Of a stretch of DNA of 64,000 bases, positions 48,318-58,542 are shown piece by piece. The first letter of the stretch is position 1. The number at the start of each line of letters is the position of its first letter. The translations under genes and the position numbers were made by a program. Origin of the DNA: Candidatus Tenderia sp. (GTDB lineage Bacteria; Pseudomonadota; Gammaproteobacteria; Tenderiales; Tenderiaceae). The DNA is taken from positions 1 through 64,000 of the forward strand of contig JANOSY010000005.1 in NCBI GenBank assembly GCA_031416075.1. Direction: 5' to 3'. The notes beneath the pieces are model-generated. The model searched no databases. It was not told where the DNA came from and saw nothing but the letters and a program-made list of their open reading frames with translations.

Positions 48318-48521
48318 TCAGGCTGGCATGTCGGGAATCAGCAGGCTTTTCAGTTTGGCAATGCTGTCTTTAAGTTGCAGCTTGCGTTTTTTCAAACGCC
48401 GCAGTCGCAACTGGTCGTAACCGGGGTCCTCTACAAGCTTTTGAATGGCTATATCGAGGTCCCGATGCTCCAACTTCATCGCTACGATGCGTGCTTTAAT
48501 GGCTTCAATCTCTTCACACAT
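48318..48521 (-). CDS. DUF465/YdcH family protein
   Basis: [19 protein letters not shown]. Confidence 0.9.
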   Translation of the reverse strand: MCEEIEAIKARIVAMKLEHRDLDIAIQKLVEDPGYDQLRLRRLKKRKLQLKDSIAKLKSLLIPDMPA

Positions 48522-48561
48522 GGTCACCTGCCACAACGTTGAACTGAAGATACCTTATGCC

Positions 48562-49056
48562 TTAGTGCGCAGATCCGCAACACTGCTTATATTTGCGGCC
48601 ACTACCACAGGGACAAGGGTCATTACGACCGATCTTAACAGGCTTTGTCTCTGTTTGGCGCTGGCCATCGACATAAAACCAGCGCCCCTGCTCATAGAGG
48701 AAGCGGCTGCGTTCACGCAGCTGTTCAATACGCCCGAACAGCGAAAAGCGGGCACTGAACTCCACCCAACCTTCGCCCCTGATCGATGCAGTATCAGGGG
48801 CTGGCGCATCCGTAATCGTTAGCCCCAGCCACTGCATTGCAGGTGTCAGATCAAGCTCGGTGGGCCGTGTGCTGACGTGCCAGCTCTGACAAAGATAGTG
48901 ATCGTTCAGCAGTACATAGGCGCTGTAGCGCGAACGCATCAGCTGTTCCGGCGTTGTCGCCATGGCACCGCCACTATGCAGCGCGCCACAGCAGTCTCCG
49001 TAGGGTAGTCCCAGACCACACGGACAAACCTCGTCGTCCATCAACTCAACGGCCAT
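48562..49056 (-). CDS. YchJ family protein (SEC-C motifs)
   Basis: [38 protein letters not shown]. Confidence 0.92.
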   Translation of the reverse strand: MAVELMDDEVCPCGLGLPYGDCCGALHSGGAMATTPEQLMRSRYSAYVLLNDHYLCQSWHVSTRPTELDLTPAMQWLGLTITDAPAPDTASIRGEGWVEFSARFSLFGRIEQLRERSRFLYEQGRWFYVDGQRQTETKPVKIGRNDPCPCGSGRKYKQCCGSAH

Positions 49057-49954
49057 GGTTTGCCACCTCTTTAAACAGTTGTGCCAACCGCTGCGTGGCG
49101 GGACCCGTCGCCCCACTCCGCCCAAACACCAGATGCATCAACCCTAACTTTCGCCCCCCTTCACGCAGGGGCAGCGGTACGAGTATGCCTTGCGCCAGCT
49201 CTGTCTCTATCTGATGCTGTGGCAACCAGCTAAACCCTAGGCCGCTGCTCACGGCCACCACTGCGGTTTCGATACTGCTGACTGTCCAGCGGTACTCTGA
49301 CCCGAGCCAGCCGCTGCTGCGGTTGAGATAAAGTCCCGAGTCGCGGATCACCACCTGCAGCTCCCGTCTCAGCAGTTCGGTGGTGAGCGGCTCTGCACTG
49401 CGATGCAACGGGTGGTCACGGTGGGCAACGGCGATAAACTCCACCTCCAGCAGTGGGTCTCCGAGAAACCCTTGCGGCACTTGCGAGGCCACCACCAGAT
49501 CTGCCCGCCCCTCCAGCAGCGCCTCATCGGCCCCCGAGAGCACCACCTCCTCCAGCCGCACATGGGTGTTGGGGCAGTCTGAGGCAAACTGTTTGAGTAC
49601 CTGCATCAAGGTGCTACTGGGGTAAGCAGCATCCACCACCAATACCACCTCCGCCTCCCACCCCTGTTCCAGGCTATGGGCCAGCTGCTCCAGCTCCGCC
49701 GCGTCCCCCAGTAGTTGCCGTGAGCGGCGCAACAGCGTCTCCCCCATTTTGGTCAACTCCGCCTTGCGCCCCTGAATCTCCAGCAGTGGCACCCCCAGCT
49801 GCGCCTGGAGTTTGGCCACGGCATAACTGACGGCGGACTGGCTACGGTGGAGTCGCTCTGCCGCCTGTGCATATCCACCCGCATCCACCACGGCCTGCAG
49901 AATCCGCCATTGGTCGAGGGTAGTACGGGGGGCTTTGATGGCTGATCTATTCAT
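49046..49954 (-). CDS. LysR-family regulator
   Basis: [23 protein letters not shown]; divergent from doxX. Confidence 0.93.
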   Translation of the reverse strand: MNRSAIKAPRTTLDQWRILQAVVDAGGYAQAAERLHRSQSAVSYAVAKLQAQLGVPLLEIQGRKAELTKMGETLLRRSRQLLGDAAELEQLAHSLEQGWEAEVVLVVDAAYPSSTLMQVLKQFASDCPNTHVRLEEVVLSGADEALLEGRADLVVASQVPQGFLGDPLLEVEFIAVAHRDHPLHRSAEPLTTELLRRELQVVIRDSGLYLNRSSGWLGSEYRWTVSSIETAVVAVSSGLGFSWLPQHQIETELAQGILVPLPLREGGRKLGLMHLVFGRSGATGPATQRLAQLFKEVANHGR

Positions 49955-50049
49955 AATTTAGATAAATATACGCTATTTTTTGCGCTTTTATATCAGATAA
50001 TATGACCCATAATAGCTAAACACTCAACCAACAGCTCAGGAGAACACAG

Positions 50050-50466
50050 ATGGATAGATATACAACACTACTCGGCCGCCTGTTAATAGCGCCCATATTT
50101 ATCATCGCCGCCATTGGTAAGATTGGTGGCTACACCGCCACACAAGGGTGGATGGAGACCATGGGGGTGCCTGGCATACTGCTGCCCGCAGTCATCTTGC
50201 TGGAGCTTGGCGGCGGACTGGCACTGCTATTTGGCTGGCAGGCACGGACAGCCGCCGGGTTGCTGGCTGGATTCACTATTGTGGCGGCGGCTATTTTTCA
50301 CAACAACCTTACTGACCAGATACAGTCGCTGATGTTCATGAAAAATCTGGCCATCGCCGGTGGCCTGCTGTTTATCACGGCCCACGGCGCGGGGAGACTG
50401 AGCATTGATGCCCGCCGCCAACCACAGCCGCAAGATAACCACACACGCAGCGCCTCCTTGGTCTAA
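50050..50466 (+). CDS. DoxX family membrane protein
   Basis: LGR..F..K, ELGGG, FH, FMKNLAIAGG. Confidence 0.92.
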   Translation: MDRYTTLLGRLLIAPIFIIAAIGKIGGYTATQGWMETMGVPGILLPAVILLELGGGLALLFGWQARTAAGLLAGFTIVAAAIFHNNLTDQIQSLMFMKNLAIAGGLLFITAHGAGRLSIDARRQPQPQDNHTRSASLV

Positions 50467-50500
50467 ACTTTTACCTTTTTATCACCAAGGAAAATCACAA

Positions 50501-50737
50501 ATGGCACTTTACGACAAAGGCAGTCCCCACAAAATCACACTCAACGCTGGTGACAGCGCCCGCCTCTGCATGTGTGGCAAAACCGGTCGTGAACCCTTTT
50601 GTGACGGCTCCCACTTCAACAGCAGCCCGCCTATCCAGCCGATGAAGTATGAGGCAAAAGAGGATACCACCCTGCGGGTATGCGGCTGTGGCAAGAGCAA
50701 AAATCTGCCCTATTGTGACGGCAGCCACAACGATTAA
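50501..50737 (+). CDS. Double CDGSH iron-sulfur domain protein
   Basis: CMCGKTGREPFCDGSH and CGCGKSKNLPYCDGSH; AAGGA RBS. Confidence 0.93.
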   Translation: MALYDKGSPHKITLNAGDSARLCMCGKTGREPFCDGSHFNSSPPIQPMKYEAKEDTTLRVCGCGKSKNLPYCDGSHND

Positions 50738-50811
50738 CCCCTTTTGCAGCCCCCCCTCCCGCCATCAGGCAGTGGGGGCATGAGAGGGAGAGATAAAAGG
50801 AGAGACTCTTC

Positions 50812-51537
50812 ATGATCAGCAAATACCCCGCACAGCAAATGGAGGAGGGGGCGGGTGTCGCCATCGCGCGCCTGATGCCCATCGCCAGTTTTCGTAACTA
50901 TGACCCCATTGTTTTGTGGGATGATTTCACCATCACCCCTGGCAACGGCTTTCCTGAACACCCACACCGCGGCTTTGAGGGGCTGACCTATCTCTTCAGC
51001 GGCTCCGTCAAACATAGCGATAACCTTGGCAACAGCTCCACCGTTAAAGCGGGGGGCGCACAACGGTTTACCGCCGGGCGCGGGATAACCCATTCAGAGA
51101 TGCCAAACGATAGCACTGCCACCCGTGGCATTCAGCTCTGGATCAATCTGCCCAAACGGCTTAAACAGAGCGACCCCAGCTATCAGCAGGTGAATGACGG
51201 CGACTTCCCGGTTCAGATGTTTGAAGGGGGGCAGATTAAAACCATCGTTGGAACCGACTCACCGCTACAACTATTAACCGCGGTACGTTATGCCCATATC
51301 CAAATGGATGCCAACGCCCACTATAGCGAGACCATTGCCCCGCAGATGCGTGGATTGCTCTATGTTGTGGAGGGGGCCATAAAGATCAACGGTATGCGTT
51401 ATGCTCAGGCCGAGGCCGCCCTCATCGATAGTGAAGCAGTGGTCCATATCCAGGCAGAGATGGCCAGCCAGCTAATGCTCTGCCTTGGCGTGCCACACGG
51501 CGAACCTATTTTCCAGCACGGCCCATTTGTCGACTAA
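50812..51537 (+). CDS. Pirin family protein
   Basis: GFPEHPHRGFE, TAGRGITHSE, QLWINLP, HGPFV. Confidence 0.95.
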   Translation: MISKYPAQQMEEGAGVAIARLMPIASFRNYDPIVLWDDFTITPGNGFPEHPHRGFEGLTYLFSGSVKHSDNLGNSSTVKAGGAQRFTAGRGITHSEMPNDSTATRGIQLWINLPKRLKQSDPSYQQVNDGDFPVQMFEGGQIKTIVGTDSPLQLLTAVRYAHIQMDANAHYSETIAPQMRGLLYVVEGAIKINGMRYAQAEAALIDSEAVVHIQAEMASQLMLCLGVPHGEPIFQHGPFVD

Positions 51538-51569
51538 ACGGATGTTCAACCCACCAAAAGGAGTATCAC

Positions 51570-52163
51570 ATGACCAACATTGCCATTGTTTACCATAGCG
51601 GCTACGGCCACACCCAAAAACAGGCCGAAGCCATTCACGCCGGTGCAGCCGCTGTTGCCGATATCAGCGCCAACCTGCTGGCCATCAACAGTGAAGGTGA
51701 ATTAACAGCGGCCGACTGGCACACCCTGGCCACCGCCAATGGTGTGATCTTTGGCTCCCCCACCTACATGGGCAGCGTCTCCTGGCAGTTTAAAAAGTTT
51801 GCCGATGCCAGTAGCAAGGACTGGATCAAGCAAACATGGAAGGACAAAATAGGGGCCGGATTTACCAATTCAGCCTCCATGAATGGCGACAAAGAGCTCG
51901 CCCTGCATTATCTTTTCACCCTGGCGATGCAACACTCAATGGTCTGGGCAGGCACCGGCATGCTGCCCTCCAACAACAAGGCAGCACAACGCAACGACAT
52001 CAACTATCTCGGATCATCCAGTGGTTTGATGGCCCAGTCACCCTCCGACGCCAGCACCACCGAAGGGCCGCTGCCGGGCGACCTTGAAACTGCACGACTG
52101 TTTGGTAAGCGCATTGCAGAGGTTACAAAGCGCTGGAGCGCCAACACTACCAGCCACGTATAA
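51570..52163 (+). CDS. WrbA-like flavodoxin family protein
   Basis: YHSGYGHT, FGSPTYMG, NGDK. Confidence 0.92.
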   Translation: MTNIAIVYHSGYGHTQKQAEAIHAGAAAVADISANLLAINSEGELTAADWHTLATANGVIFGSPTYMGSVSWQFKKFADASSKDWIKQTWKDKIGAGFTNSASMNGDKELALHYLFTLAMQHSMVWAGTGMLPSNNKAAQRNDINYLGSSSGLMAQSPSDASTTEGPLPGDLETARLFGKRIAEVTKRWSANTTSHV

Positions 52164-52190
52164 ACGCAAAATCAATCCGTGTAAAAACGA

Positions 52191-52226
52191 AAAAACCCGG
52201 AAGCCTGTTCCAGGCCTCCGGGTTTT
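52191..52226. terminator. Bidirectional hairpin terminator
   Basis: AAAAACCCGGAAGCCTG-TTC-CAGGCCTCCGGGTTTT. Confidence 0.75.
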
Positions 52227-52274
52227 CCATATTCACCGCAGCGACAGAGTCACTGTCTCTGTTAGCTCAATCGA

Positions 52275-53180
52275 TTATCCCGTAACCTGCTGGATCCCCT
52301 CCAGCTGCCAATTAGCACTGTTGCGTGCCTTAACAAAGTGCCACACCTCATCCACATGGATATTATTGCCATCCTCACGCAGCTCGGCCTTGAACAGTAC
52401 AATCGCCTCCTGCTTGGAGCCAAGGTCATTGGCGCTGAGCAATTCAGCATTCAGATCAACCACTTCCGTCTCTGAACTGCCGTTGCGGCTATGAAACTGA
52501 TCCTGAATTTCACCAAACACATGGTCAGTAGTGAACTGGCGAATGTCAGCCAGATCCCCCTCATCCCACGACTTTTGCAGCCGCACAAAACAGTTTTTGG
52601 CACCATCAACAAACGCGGCCTGATCAAACCCCTTGGGTACCGCACTGCGCAAACCATCCAGGCTTGGGCCTTCGCTGACACTTTCGCTGTTATTGTTATA
52701 ACGCTGCTCACTGACCTGATCAGGCTGATGGGGAGTCTCCTGCTCATTGTGGGCACTGTAGTGATTATTGGCCGTTGCCGCAGCGGGCTGGGGCTGCTGG
52801 CGGGCACGGCTGGCCATAAATTTATAGATCAGGAACGCAACCAGCCCAAACAGCAGTACATCCATAAAGTTGATGCCATCAAACGCACCACCAAAAAAGA
52901 GTGCGCCCAGCAATCCACCCAGGGCGAGACCACCCAGAATGCCCATCAACCCCCCTTTTTTAGCAAACGACTGCTTGAGGTTTGAGTTTGTCTGCTGTGC
53001 AGCAGTCGCTTTTTGAGGTTGATTAGCGGTGGCGTTACGATTAACACTTTGGCTCTGATTGAATTTGCCACCAAAGGATTTGCCTCCGCCCATCCGTTTT
53101 GCCTCAGCGACATCCATGCCCGTGACAAACAACCCGATAGCTGCGGTCATGGCGATTAACAACGTTAAAATTGATTTCAT
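52275..53180 (-). CDS. Tim44-domain protein
   Basis: AEAKRMGGGKSFG, Gly-rich TM, GFDQAAF..LQKSWD, EVWHF..WQLEGIQQ. Confidence 0.92.
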   Translation of the reverse strand: MKSILTLLIAMTAAIGLFVTGMDVAEAKRMGGGKSFGGKFNQSQSVNRNATANQPQKATAAQQTNSNLKQSFAKKGGLMGILGGLALGGLLGALFFGGAFDGINFMDVLLFGLVAFLIYKFMASRARQQPQPAAATANNHYSAHNEQETPHQPDQVSEQRYNNNSESVSEGPSLDGLRSAVPKGFDQAAFVDGAKNCFVRLQKSWDEGDLADIRQFTTDHVFGEIQDQFHSRNGSSETEVVDLNAELLSANDLGSKQEAIVLFKAELREDGNNIHVDEVWHFVKARNSANWQLEGIQQVTG

Positions 53181-53378
53181 CTACTTTCCCCGATCCATTT
53201 CAATTAAACCCGTGGCACATTTTACACTAGATTGACATTTTTTCCCGGCCCGGTTGACCAGTGCCTAACCGAATCCAAAAACAAAGCTTACTTATTGATA
53301 AATAAAATAATTTTTTACTCAAAAACTGAAGACAGATATTTTCCATGCGTTGCTGGAGATTAGACGTGAACCAGAGTG

Positions 53379-53939
53379 TCACTCTGATTCGCTGGCCTCG
53401 ACGGGGGCAGTAAAGTGCCGGGAGGGGCCGCGGGGGCCACCCTTTTTCTGGGGCAGGCTGAACCAATCCTCTCGGGTAATTTCATGAAAATAGTCCGCCT
53501 CATCCACCAGCAGTCGTGAGGTGGTGCGCGGCACGGCGGCAATCTCTACCCTCACCCCTTCTGATTTCAGGTGACGCACCAGCTCAACATAGTCGGAGTC
53601 ACCTGACATGATGATGATGGTATCGACCTTACTGGCCAGCTGGGTGGCGTTGATGGTCAGGGGGATGTCTGCCGACTTGTGGCAGGGGCGTACTGAGCCA
53701 TGAAAGTTATTATGCAGCCGCTCCTGAAGTTTTGCGGAGATGTGTTTTCCTTCACGAAAGTAGATCAACCGGTTGAGTCCGCGATTCCCCAGCAGTCGCG
53801 GGATCAAGGTATCAAAATTGAGCATGGTCTGTGTATCACCCGCCTCGTCATGAATGCTGCGCTCGAGATTATTACCGTCGACCAGTATGGCAATTGATTG
53901 GCTGATGACGATATCCAGCGATGGGCGTGACGGCTGCAT
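53379..53939 (-). CDS. NYN (LabA/DUF88) PIN-fold nuclease
   Basis: LVDGNN, KSADI, SGDSDY, G.RVE, ADYF. Confidence 0.92.
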   Translation of the reverse strand: MQPSRPSLDIVISQSIAILVDGNNLERSIHDEAGDTQTMLNFDTLIPRLLGNRGLNRLIYFREGKHISAKLQERLHNNFHGSVRPCHKSADIPLTINATQLASKVDTIIIMSGDSDYVELVRHLKSEGVRVEIAAVPRTTSRLLVDEADYFHEITREDWFSLPQKKGGPRGPSRHFTAPVEASESE

Positions 53940-54049
53940 GAAGCTTCCTTATATGGTGTAACAACAACCCTTAAGTGATAGTAAAAAACTAAAATTCAAG
54001 CGGGGAGGAGGTGAAATGTCTGTAATAACAGAGAGGGTTTTGCAATACA

Positions 54050-54084
54050 GGGTAAAACCTGCCCAGACCGGGCAGGTTTTACCC
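54050..54084. terminator. Perfect 15-bp hairpin
   Basis: GGGTAAAACCTGCCC-AGACC-GGGCAGGTTTTACCC. Confidence 0.8.
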
Positions 54085-54091
54085 ATAGCAG

Positions 54092-54268
54092 CTAGCTACC
54101 CTTCATCTGACGACTGACAGGTGTCTGAGCGAGGTAAGGGGGGATTCGTGAAGCTGAGTTATCAACCGGGGCACTCTCAAAGGAACCCACCACACCAGCG
54201 CTATTTTTTTTGCCGGTGAAAGAGTAACTGCTTTTGCAAAAACCTGAGTAATTGTAGCTGTTTTTCAT
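54092..54268 (-). CDS. Putative 58-aa small ORF (not in track)
   Basis: AGGAAG RBS, ATG 54268, TAG 54092, hairpin immediately downstream. Confidence 0.5.
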   Translation of the reverse strand: MKNSYNYSGFCKSSYSFTGKKNSAGVVGSFESAPVDNSASRIPPYLAQTPVSRQMKGS

Positions 54269-54431
54269 TTATATCGCTTCCTAGGGTAGATGTTGATGGA
54301 TCTGGGCCAACTACACCACGCCCCGGCCAAGGGAGTAATACCTTAGCACCTCTTTAAGAGGCTGACTATAGCGATGTTGGGACAAGTTTGAGATCACCAA
54401 CATTTTAAATTTTTCTTTATATTACATGGGA

Positions 54432-55940
54432 TTACAGAGCCACTTGGCGATGGCGCTGCTGGCGCGTACTAGCATTTGCCTCCGTTTGGCGCACCACTTG
54501 TTCGGGATCGAGCACCAGCATCCCCTTAAGACCGGAGGCGGCGTAGTCAATCATCAGCATCTCTTCAAGCGTGCTGGCAGTAATGTTCAGCGCCTCCACG
54601 CCCCCTTGGTAGAGGATTAAAAAGAGCCGTTTGAGGGCAATTTGGTGGGTCTGGGTGGTGGTACTAAAAAGCCAGTCACTCAGTACCATAAAAGATTCAA
54701 ACGGATCATCGGCCAGTAACAGGGGGAGTGTTTGCCGAAAACGGCCGGAGTTGGCAATCATGTCCCAGTAGCGGGCAAAACGGTTGAGGCGTTGCAGCGT
54801 AATAAAGTCGATCAGGTTATTGCTGAGGATGTTGTAAGGCGGATTGGGGTTGTAGCGCATATCAAACGCCGGGGTATGGCGGATGATGGGCGAACCCCGC
54901 AGCCGCTTGAGGATGCCGACCTGGATCTCGTGTGGAGCAAGCTGCGCCAGTCGGTTAAAGCTTCGCGCAAAACTCGCCATGTCTTCGCCGGGCAGGCCGA
55001 TGATCAGATCGGCATGGATATGGGCATGGGTCTGCTGTGCGATCCAGCGCAGATTCTCGGCGGTTTTGTCGTTGTCCTGTTTGCGGCTGATCAATGCCTG
55101 GACAGCTGGGTTAAAGGTCTGCACCCCGATCTCGAATTGCAGTGAACCCTCCGGGAAACGTTGAATCGCCGTTTTTAGCGTCTCTGGCAGATGGTCGGGG
55201 ATGATCTCAAAGTGCAAAAAGAGTTTATCGTCGAGCCGTTCAAGGAAGAAGTCGAGGATGCGAATGCTGTAGTCGATCTTGAGATTGAAGGTGCGGTCGA
55301 CAAATTTGAAGTGGCGCGCACCACGTTGATAGAGTTTGTCCATCTCACCCAGGAACTGATCCAGATCAAACGGCTTGGCGGTTTTGTCGAGCGCCGAGAG
55401 GCAGAACTCACACTTGAAGGGGCAGCCGCGTGACGCCTCAACATAGAGGATGCGATGGGCGATATCCTCATCGCTATAGAGCTGATAGGGCATCTTGATC
55501 AGCTCCAGCTTGGGCGGAATGGCGTTGATGATCTTCTGCTTGGGCCGTTCACCCGCCAACAAGGTGCCGCAAAGCTCAGCAAACTCCAGCTCGCCCTGGC
55601 CACAGATCACATAGTCGGCCAGCGCCACAATCGGCTGCGCTGCGTGTTCAAAACTCACCTCCGGGCCGCCCAGCACCAGCAACGTCTCCGGGCTAACCGC
55701 CTTGAGCAGCGCCGCCACCTGGGTGATCTCAACGATATTCCATATATAAACCCCCAGCCCGATGATGCGCGGTTTTGTCGCCAGCAGCTTTTCAACGATG
55801 TCTATCGGGCGCTCGTGGATGGTGAACTCGATGATGGTGGTCTCATCCATCAGCTCCGCCATGTTGGCCTTGAGGTAACGCAGGCCAAAGGCGCTGTGGA
55901 TGTAGCGCGCATTGAGAGTGCAAAGAATGATGCTGGACAT
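54432..55940 (-). CDS. B12-binding radical SAM protein (DUF4080-type)
   Basis: LNARYIH, VYIWN, GGPEVS, EASRGCPFKCEFC, VDRTFN. Confidence 0.92.
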   Translation of the reverse strand: MSSIILCTLNARYIHSAFGLRYLKANMAELMDETTIIEFTIHERPIDIVEKLLATKPRIIGLGVYIWNIVEITQVAALLKAVSPETLLVLGGPEVSFEHAAQPIVALADYVICGQGELEFAELCGTLLAGERPKQKIINAIPPKLELIKMPYQLYSDEDIAHRILYVEASRGCPFKCEFCLSALDKTAKPFDLDQFLGEMDKLYQRGARHFKFVDRTFNLKIDYSIRILDFFLERLDDKLFLHFEIIPDHLPETLKTAIQRFPEGSLQFEIGVQTFNPAVQALISRKQDNDKTAENLRWIAQQTHAHIHADLIIGLPGEDMASFARSFNRLAQLAPHEIQVGILKRLRGSPIIRHTPAFDMRYNPNPPYNILSNNLIDFITLQRLNRFARYWDMIANSGRFRQTLPLLLADDPFESFMVLSDWLFSTTTQTHQIALKRLFLILYQGGVEALNITASTLEEMLMIDYAASGLKGMLVLDPEQVVRQTEANASTRQQRHRQVAL

Positions 55941-56022
55941 GGGCGAGGGGTCTGTAGTGAAAACACCATTTTACCCGGTTTTGACTGTTTAAAGCCGTTA
56001 TGACAACTGTTAACCTCTCGCC

Positions 56023-58182
56023 ATGCCTCATTCTCCTACCTTGCAGCCGCTGGAACTCTTCATTACACAACTACGTGCCGTGGCCAGCGCGGCGCGGCAA
56101 CGGCGACTGTTGTGGTTGAGCGGATCAACCGCGTGGTGCCGTGAAGTGGCCGCCGTGGTGACGGCAGATGTAGCGCCGGATGATCAGCTATGGGTCACAA
56201 ACCTAGCCCCTGCGGGGGTGCGACAGATCGAAAATAGCCACTGCACCCAGCTGCTTGGCAGTGAGCTGGAGATGGTGGTCTACGATGCCCACGCCGGGTT
56301 TGATGCCGACGCCCTCGGTGCAGTCTCGGGAATGGTGCGCGGTGGTGGCCTACTGCTGTTGCTGACGCCACCCCTGGCGCAGTGGCCCGCCATGCCCGAT
56401 CCAGAGGCGCACCGTTTTATGGCCGGGGCGGAGCAGTGTGAGAGTCGGTTTATTAAACGGCTGGCGCAGCGGCTCAGCAGCGCAGCGGGCCACTACCTGC
56501 TGGAAGAGAACGGCACGTTGCCACCGATTGAAACCATCACAACATCTCCCGTTGAGCCATTGATCAATGCGCCCTGCCGCACCCGCGACCAACAACTGGC
56601 AGTGGCGGCCATCATTAAAACCGCACGGGGCCATCGTAAACGGCCAACGGTATTGTTGTCGGATCGTGGCCGTGGCAAATCGGCCGCCCTTGGCATTGCA
56701 GCGGCGCAGCTACTGCGTGATGGCGCACGGCGCATCATTGTCACCGCACCACGTCTGGATGCCACCGCCACGCTCTTTGAACAGGCCGCGCTGTTATTGC
56801 CGGAGGCACAGCTGGGTCGTGGTCGTCTTGAATATGACGCTGGTGTGCTGGAGTTCATTGCCCCTGATGAGTTGATCCAAATGCACCCCATTGCCGATCT
56901 GCTGCTGGTGGATGAGGCCGCCGCGATACCGACACCGATGCTTGATGAATTATTAAATCACTACGCCCGTATCGTCTTTGCCACCACCGTACACGGCTAT
57001 GAAGGCAGTGGTCGCGGCTTCCTGTTGCGCTTCAGCGCGACGTTGAACAGAAAAATGCCCGGTGGTCAGCAGCTGCGGCTGGAACAGCCGATCCGCTGGG
57101 GTGCCAATGATCCGGTCGAGGCCGCGATATTCGATGCGCTGCTGCTCAATGCCGCCATTGCCGGTGAAGAGCAGCTTGTAGGTTTGAGTGTTGATCAGTG
57201 TGTCATCGAAGCGGTCGATCGTGATGCGCTGTTGCAGGACGAGGCGCTGCTGTCACAACTCTTCGGCCTGCTGGTACTGGCCCACTACCGCACCCGCCCC
57301 AACGACCTGCGCCAACTGCTCGATAGCGCCGGGGTGATGGTCTACGTCATGCGTTATCGCAATGCTGTTGTTGGCACAGCGCTGGTGGTGAGTGAAGGCG
57401 GGCTTGATGCCGAGCTGAGCCAGTCGATCTATGAAGGCAGACGGCGTCTGCATGGACACCTCCTGCCGCAATCACTTGCTTCATATGTCGGCCTGCCCGA
57501 AGCTGCAACACTGCACTACCGTCGCATCATGCGCATCGCCATCCATCCGCAACTGCAACGCAGCGGCCTTGGATCGGCATTGATCAAAAAAATCGTAGCC
57601 GATGCACAGCACGACGGCCTTGATGCCATCGGCGCCAGTTTTGGTGTAACACCCGAGCTGCTGCGCTTCTGGCAGCGATTGCAATTTGCGCCAGTACGCA
57701 TCGGCCTGCAACGTGAACAGAGCAGCGGCAGCCATTCACTACTGGTGATGCAACCACTCAGCAAGCGTGGCATTGAGCTGTATCAAAATGCACATGAACG
57801 ATTTTATAGCAGACTGCCACATCTGCTGGCCGAACCGTTGCGTGATCTCGATACAACACTGGTAGTAGCGTTGATGCGGCGCCACGACGTTTCACCATCA
57901 CTACAGCTTAGTGTTGAAGATTGGCGTGATCTGCATACCTTTGCCCACGCAAACCTGGGGCTGGAGACAGTCATCGTACCGCTGTGGCAGTTGGCGCATC
58001 ATCACGTTGTTGCTCAGCTGTCGTTGCAACAGAAAACGCTACTGGTGAGCAGGGTGTTGCAGAGAAACAGTTGGGCAGAGGTGTGCCGCGTCAGCGGCTA
58101 CAACGGTAAAAACGAAGCGATCAAGGCATTACGACAAAGCGTGGCATTTTTGCTTGAATTGCGCAGGTCGGGTTCACCCTAA
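56023..58182 (+). CDS. tmcA: tRNA(Met) cytidine acetyltransferase
   Basis: DRGRGKS, DEAAAIP, TTVHGYEG.GRGF, AHYRT.P.DL, RIAIHP. Confidence 0.95.
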   Translation: MPHSPTLQPLELFITQLRAVASAARQRRLLWLSGSTAWCREVAAVVTADVAPDDQLWVTNLAPAGVRQIENSHCTQLLGSELEMVVYDAHAGFDADALGAVSGMVRGGGLLLLLTPPLAQWPAMPDPEAHRFMAGAEQCESRFIKRLAQRLSSAAGHYLLEENGTLPPIETITTSPVEPLINAPCRTRDQQLAVAAIIKTARGHRKRPTVLLSDRGRGKSAALGIAAAQLLRDGARRIIVTAPRLDATATLFEQAALLLPEAQLGRGRLEYDAGVLEFIAPDELIQMHPIADLLLVDEAAAIPTPMLDELLNHYARIVFATTVHGYEGSGRGFLLRFSATLNRKMPGGQQLRLEQPIRWGANDPVEAAIFDALLLNAAIAGEEQLVGLSVDQCVIEAVDRDALLQDEALLSQLFGLLVLAHYRTRPNDLRQLLDSAGVMVYVMRYRNAVVGTALVVSEGGLDAELSQSIYEGRRRLHGHLLPQSLASYVGLPEAATLHYRRIMRIAIHPQLQRSGLGSALIKKIVADAQHDGLDAIGASFGVTPELLRFWQRLQFAPVRIGLQREQSSGSHSLLVMQPLSKRGIELYQNAHERFYSRLPHLLAEPLRDLDTTLVVALMRRHDVSPSLQLSVEDWRDLHTFAHANLGLETVIVPLWQLAHHHVVAQLSLQQKTLLVSRVLQRNSWAEVCRVSGYNGKNEAIKALRQSVAFLLELRRSGSP

Positions 58183-58271
58183 AGGGTACAAGAGGCGCGG
58201 AGTTTGCGCCGTAACCCGACAGGTGGCTGAGTGTTGTCAGGCAACGTTACGCTAACCCGACCTATATGACT

Positions 58272-58355
58272 GTAGGTGCGATTAGCGTCAGCGTAATCGT
58301 ACGCATGGAAGAAAATCTCCGTTCCTCCGATTACGCTGACGCTAATCGGAGCTAC
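58272..58355. repeat. GTAG-type REP doublet (REPIN-like)
   Basis: GTAGGTG-CGATTAGCGTCAGCGTAATCG ... CGATTACGCTGACGCTAATCG-GAGCTAC; the 21-bp cores are exact inverses. Confidence 0.8.
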
Positions 58356-58542
58356 GAGATCTACGAGATCTACGTGGCAGGGGTGTTAAAAACCACCAAA
58401 TAGCTTAGACATTCCTGATGCTTCACAATACAATCTCCTACATATCAGGCTGCCGTGTCGACACGGCTTAGTCCAGCAGACATTTATACGCCATGCTGCG
58501 CATGAGGCATAAATGCTTAGATATTAGAGCGCAAGAATAAGT

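Noticed and set aside
53379-53939. Link between the LabA/DUF88 (NYN) gene and the KaiC-like ATPase
   Set aside because: They are about 50 kb apart, NYN proteins are widespread, and the LabA clock role is known from cyanobacteria.
54270-54400. yybP-ykoY riboswitch, tmRNA or tRNA reading of the structured intergenic region
   Set aside because: AAGGGAGTA is present on the plus strand, but the rest of that consensus and a suitable downstream gene are missing; no tRNA-like ends.
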